Assembly: GCA_012295275.1 (NCBI GenBank)
Contig: CM022673.1
Span: 9,114,001-9,178,000, forward strand
Source of the DNA: Chrysomallon squamiferum
Lineage: Eukaryota; Animalia; Mollusca
Length of the DNA: 64,000 nucleotides
Direction: 5' to 3'
The position numbers and the translations under genes were made by a program. The number at the start of each line of letters is the position of its first letter. The first letter of the stretch is position 1. Shown piece after piece: positions 59,132 to 64,000 of the stretch. The notes beneath the pieces are model-generated. The model made no database searches, was not told the DNA's origin, and was given only the letters and a program-made list of their open reading frames with translations.

Positions 59132-59416
59132 TGAGTGAAAAACACACTGAGAGACAGAGAGAAAAAACTGTGTTTACTTGTTCGCTCTGTTTTCTTTGAT
59201 GGAAATCCTGATAAAGACTGCCAATAAGACGATAAACTGGAAATATTTTATCACCGGGCAATGAAAAACAAGAAAAAATAAAGCAAAACAGAAATCCTAT
59301 CTCCATAAGAGATTAAATTCTTATGATTAACAAACATAAAAGAAATGATAATAATATACATTATATATACCTACCTATCTGAATACATACTTACGAACCT
59401 AAACCTATATACATAC

Positions 59417-59487
<71 letters not shown>

Positions 59488-59680
59488 ACATTATTATGAT
59501 TATACTAATTACAGAAAACAAAAATGTATAATTTTATAAATAATGAATTATGAACTGCAGAATCGTTTAAGAATAAGTACAATTTCTTTAGTAGTTTCGA
59601 AAACCATTCCATTAAATGTTTTGTTATCAATAACTCATGCTTTTTCAGACAGAGTCTGTAATTCGAGAAGGTATTTAGAA
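56372..59680 (-). pseudogene. Unprocessed pseudogene of a calcitonin-receptor-like (secretin/class B) GPCR
   Basis: The exon from 57094 (ttttacag|G) reads KALRATLMFVPLFGLQYLLFPVRPSQDLFL* (TM6 signature; stop 57003-57001). Exon 56794-56618 reads IIAFIR*R*NQHRLMTEYA*KNWTSALMYTEAYSAV...HNKAV (helix 8 and tail, three in-frame stops) and splices in frame to 56440-56372 DLVDMHAFKSEESNGVQLNCEL*. Weaker remnants: TM4 ~59245-59178 (FIVLLAVFIRISIKENRAN, phase-2 donor), TM5/ICL3 ~57303-57215, TM3-like ~59670-59560. No intact TM7 exon or ectodomain was found. The 5' boundary is uncertain. Confidence 0.8.
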
Positions 59681-60773
59681 AAAAAAAATTTAAAAAGTGA
59701 AATTCCATTCAAACAAATTCACAAAGTAGCGTAATGAGAGAGCACTTTACAAAATAATCTGATTAATCTGATGAATTTCACCAGAAACATCCTGGAAGAC
59801 GAAAGTTAATGCTGTAGTGGTTAGTAAATAGATAATTAGTTTTGAATACAGGATACAGCCTATATTGCTTTTCTTCGTTTTCTTCTCTTTCTATACATTA
59901 TTTATTATCGTCGTTATTATTACTATTATTTATGTAGTTTTGTTATTGTTGCTGTTGATGATGATGATGAATATGATGATGATGATGATGATGATGACGC
60001 AGAATTCAAAGATATTGTTGTAAACGAAGCAAAGCAAAAGATAATAACGAACGTAGAAACCATCACAGAAACTTTAATCACACTTTCCAAGATTTTTCCC
60101 ATCGCCAGTAAGTGGGAACAGAAGATGGGTGGGTGGGTGGGCGGCGGGAAGGAATGGATTTCCTAAATGTCAACTGAAACAAATTAACTCCCAAATGAGT
60201 GACGTTATCTGATTGACCTACGCATGGGGTCGTGTTTGCGGGTCTTCTCGGGGCTTTGAAGCGGCGGTAATACCATCGGGCGAACAATCGCCGTCTTCTG
60301 CGGTATATGACTGACCCTTATCATTGCCTTGTGCCAGTTAGGAAGGCGGAAAATTCGACCTGACCAGCGAAGTGGGATTTTCCAAGAAGACGTGGTAGAA
60401 ACTGACAGTTCGTTATTTCGTCAGCCAAACGAAGTTGCGGCCTTTAATATTATCTTTATACATGGCTTGGCTTCAATCAGCTTGCGCTCTATCGGATGTT
60501 TACATTAATATCGCATGTCAAATCGGTTTAGCTTATGGAGTTAGTCGTCTAGGCAAGGAGTTTCGCGTTCGGATCGCTCGAGTGGAAAAGGAGTGCGTCT
60601 CTTGGCACGGGCCTCTGATGGCTTTTCGCGGTTCTTGTCGCTCACGTGGAAGGGACGCGAGGCTTGTGCCATATCGAGTATGAGTTTCAGGAGACGTCAT
60701 CCAGAAACGGCGATCGACCAAGTGAAAATAAGCAAAGGACTTCAACCTGAAAGCGAAAAGGCAGCCGGTAAAT

Positions 60774-61136
60774 TTATCTTTCCGTAAGGATATACGGCTT
60801 GAAGAAGCAATCTTTACCGAGATGTGAGATTTTATTAAAAAGTTGCGCGCAATTTTTCGCCACGCGTATCTTGTCGTTCGATGGCCGATTTAACACGATT
60901 CCTTCGCTTTGAGTCGAGACAGATTTTTGGAAACCATTAGGCGTACAATATTGCGCAAAATATAGTTTAAGTCTGCTTGCCCTGCTTGCGACATCATCGG
61001 TGTAAACACGTGGTTGATTGTCCATCCATCTGAAATGCTGATTTAAATCAGCCACGAATAATGCTGGATATTTAGCGTCAGAACGAAACAGATTAGTAAA
61101 TAATTTGACAGGTTGAAAATATACTAGTCTGTTCGA
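60774..61136 (-). CDS. Possible terminal coding exon (120 aa) of an unidentified or decayed gene
   Basis: Strong acceptor (T-run + cag, 61138-61137) followed by a phase-0 open frame SNRLVYFQPVKLFTNLFRSDAKYPALFVADLNQHFRWMDNQ...PYILTER* in a GC-elevated, non-repetitive block. No family recognised and no upstream exon identified. Confidence 0.3.
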   Translation of the reverse strand, partial: SNRLVYFQPVKLFTNLFRSDAKYPALFVADLNQHFRWMDNQPRVYTDDVASRASRLKLYFAQYCTPNGFQKSVSTQSEGIVLNRPSNDKIRVAKNCAQLFNKISHLGKDCFFKPYILTER

Positions 61137-61921
61137 CTGAAAAAAAAAAAAAGGTTATTTCATTGACACATATATTTTCTTTCTTAATTTCTTAGACCCA
61201 TTTGGATGCTTCCCATTACTACAGAGAGGGTTTCCCTTCTTGTAAAACTAAACCAAAACATTAGTCGCCTAATACAAACATGGACCAGGTTTTACTCAGT
61301 AATGAAATACAGACTAACGTACATTTATATACATACATACACACATACATTCACGCACACATATCCATGTGCACGGTTATTCGTAGACACAACGCGAAAA
61401 TAGACAATTATAGAAACTTCTTGCCACCATTCTATTTAACAGCAGCAACAGTGAAATTTTATTTATTCCATGATTAACCTTTTATATCAAGTGGGATTAC
61501 TATACTTAAGTAGATGAAATCATCCATTAATTTGGTCCCAGCTATTTCAAAAGTTTCTTTACATTTAGACCCATATATATGAATTTAAAAAAAAAAAAAA
61601 AATTGGGGGGGTGATTGTTGTTGTTTTTGAGAGGTTGCTGTTGTTGTTGTTTGTTATTTTGTTTGTTTGTTGTTGTTTTTTTTTTTTTTTTTTTTTTACA
61701 GTTATCTGAATTGTATCATTACATTCGAGAAACTAAGAAAAATATCGACTGAACAGGAAACCTCCAGTGACTGCATATATTTATCGTAAGTTTTAGATGA
61801 GCTTTTAATAAAACATCTGGCATTTTGAAATTCTTTGTTTCCAACACTCAGAATTAATTGTTTAGTCAACTGTATGTTTAGAAAGAGTAGAAAGAAAGTT
61901 ATAAGTAAGATAATAGATAGA

Positions 61922-61960
<39 letters not shown>

Positions 61961-63459
61961 GTAGGTGGGCAGTTGGAGCGGATGAGAGACAGACAAGTAG
62001 ATAAATAGATACACGAAGAAATAAACAAAATAATTAATTACTATAAATATAAAATGATAATTTTGATAAAAATAATATTATATCGTGATGATGATGATGA
62101 CAGTAATAATAATCATAACGATAATAATAAACATTTATAGTAGTCACAATTACAATAACAATAAATAATAAAAATAAGAAGACAAACAACAACAATAACA
62201 GCATCACAGCATAACTGATAAAATATTCGCTTCAAAAAATCAATAACGAATAATGTGCTTTACAAGCATTAAACGTTTGTGTAATAATTATCTGCTAATT
62301 TTAAAACATTCACAACATTTTCGATAGATTAATTAATTTAACTTCCAAACAACAATCATATATATATAGTATTACAAATCTGCTTAGAGAGAGAAAGTTT
62401 CATTAACGATCTTCCTAAAGCTGAAGAAGTAGATCTGGGGATACGATCTCGATCTCTGCCAATCACACAGCAATTATCTCAACCACCTGAAATATCAGAA
62501 TATATAATATTTTTAAAAATGAGTCCAAACTAGTGTAACTTTTGGTTGGTTCCATGCCACGACCCACCCTGTCCGTCATTCCAAGACCTCTGGATTATCC
62601 ATCGAGTTTCAATTTATCACATGAATTGCTGTTTCCAATGCTGTCCGTCTAATTAACGCGTGCACTAATTAGAATGATTGATGACTTTGTCGATGGTTTA
62701 ACCTCTGACTTTCAATATGACAGAAAACTACTTTCCGTAAGGCGAATTTCGCCTATCGACTAAACAAAGGTCAATACTCATAAATCAGAATTAGAGAACA
62801 GCCCGTTAGCTGCTAAGTTAGTGTAGCGTTTGATGTCTCCGAGTGCTGGGTAGATTTAGGTGCAAAACAACACTACATATATATATATATATATATATTT
62901 ATATTTATACATGTGTAATTATGGAAATATCCGATACATTAAAGATCGGTTGTTATTTATAAGAATGTTATTTTTAAATAGTAGGCATTTGCAGGTGAAA
63001 GAAGAAGTAATAATAATAATAATTGTATAATGACGTTGATGATGGTTATGATGCTGCAACTGATGCTTCTGGTGATGTTAATAATGATCTTGATAATAAT
63101 ATAACAATAACTATAACAATGATGATGATGATGATGACGATGATAGGAATTATGGTAATAATAATGCTGATAATAACGAAGAATGGAATAAACTGCATGC
63201 TATAAATTTAAAAAGATAAATTATTTACTTATTTATTTTTTTATTTTTTTTCTGTTTCTTTCTTTCTTTCTTTTTCTCAAATTATGTTTTATTATTTATT
63301 CAATTATTTTAATTTGTAAACATTTTTAACAAATGGAGCTAAATAAAACCGGTAAAACGTTTCTTAAACTTTGTTTTATTACTTTGATGTTTTTTTGTTG
63401 TTTTTTTTGAAAAAAAAAAAAAAAAAAATTTAAAATCTTTTAAAATTAAAAGATATAAT

Positions 63460-64000
63460 CCGCGTTTCCGGTATTTTCGTTTCAAAGAAAATAAACATTA
63501 AAAACAGTGTGCAGGTTAAAAGAAAACGTAAAAGTGTACGCAAAATACGAACCGAATTCGTTTTAAATGTCTAAAATTAAGCTCCGGATTTTGTATAATG
63601 CATGTACTCTTCCGGTTTCTCTTTTTGAAATCAAAAACATTCTTTTGATACACTAATTATTTCGCTTTTCACACACTAATATTTTAAGCTGTGCTTCATT
63701 ATTTTAAAATTCTTCGGGAATTATAGTTGATATTTTTTTTTATCCTCTAGTTATTTTCGAAAATCCTTTCATTTCGCGTTAGCAGATGGCAAGTCTCGGG
63801 AGAAGATCCCGTCTCGCGATGTCGCGGAGATATGCGGAAAAGAACGAGATAACTAGAGCCCCGCTGAGTGGAGATTACGCCACGAAAGATAGTAATCGAA
63901 CCCTTCAATTCGAGACGCGAGCAGGTAGCCAGTTTATTTTTCTCAGTGTCTGTGGTGTTTCTTTTAACCCTATACAACTACGCTGATGTCGTACAAACAC
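63460..64000. promoter_or_regulatory. CpG-rich promoter-like segment at the window edge
   Basis: Local CpG enrichment, TTCCGG ETS-type motifs (~63466, ~63610) and tctcgggaga / tctcgcgat motifs resembling TCTCGCGAGA (~63794-63820). Confidence 0.35.

Noticed and set aside
63747-63986. Opposing 76-aa and 66-aa ORFs at the right edge
   Set aside because: Expected by chance in a GC-rich promoter-like segment; no recognisable protein features.

Overview
AT-rich, microsatellite-dense, intron-containing animal DNA, probably lophotrochozoan (the neuropeptide, receptor and SINE remnants look molluscan; this is inference). Most ORF-track entries are simple-repeat noise. The real genes are spliced and were reconstructed by hand. 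(1) A two-exon minus-strand gene for an uncharacterised ~359-aa protein (5935-12623). (2) A head-to-head pair of paralogous neuropeptide precursors (16793-21424 minus, 39446-41375 plus), each releasing a 38-aa pyroGlu/amidated peptide with a C-x4-C ring and resembling the invertebrate PTH-like/PXXXamide family. (3) Main finding: a six-exon plus-strand gene (52194-54394) encoding signal peptide + acidic BRICHOS-like propiece + KR + a 32-aa, +7, four-Cys beta-hairpin peptide whose core has the arenicin ring geometry, behind a TATA promoter with a perfect C/EBP palindrome and a kappaB-like site. (4) A decayed calcitonin-receptor-like class B GPCR pseudogene (about 56372-59680 minus). Also present: Tigger/pogo, Tc1-mariner and hAT-like non-autonomous elements (some nested), SINE remnants, minisatellites and local duplications. 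No rRNA, tRNA or CRISPR was recognised.
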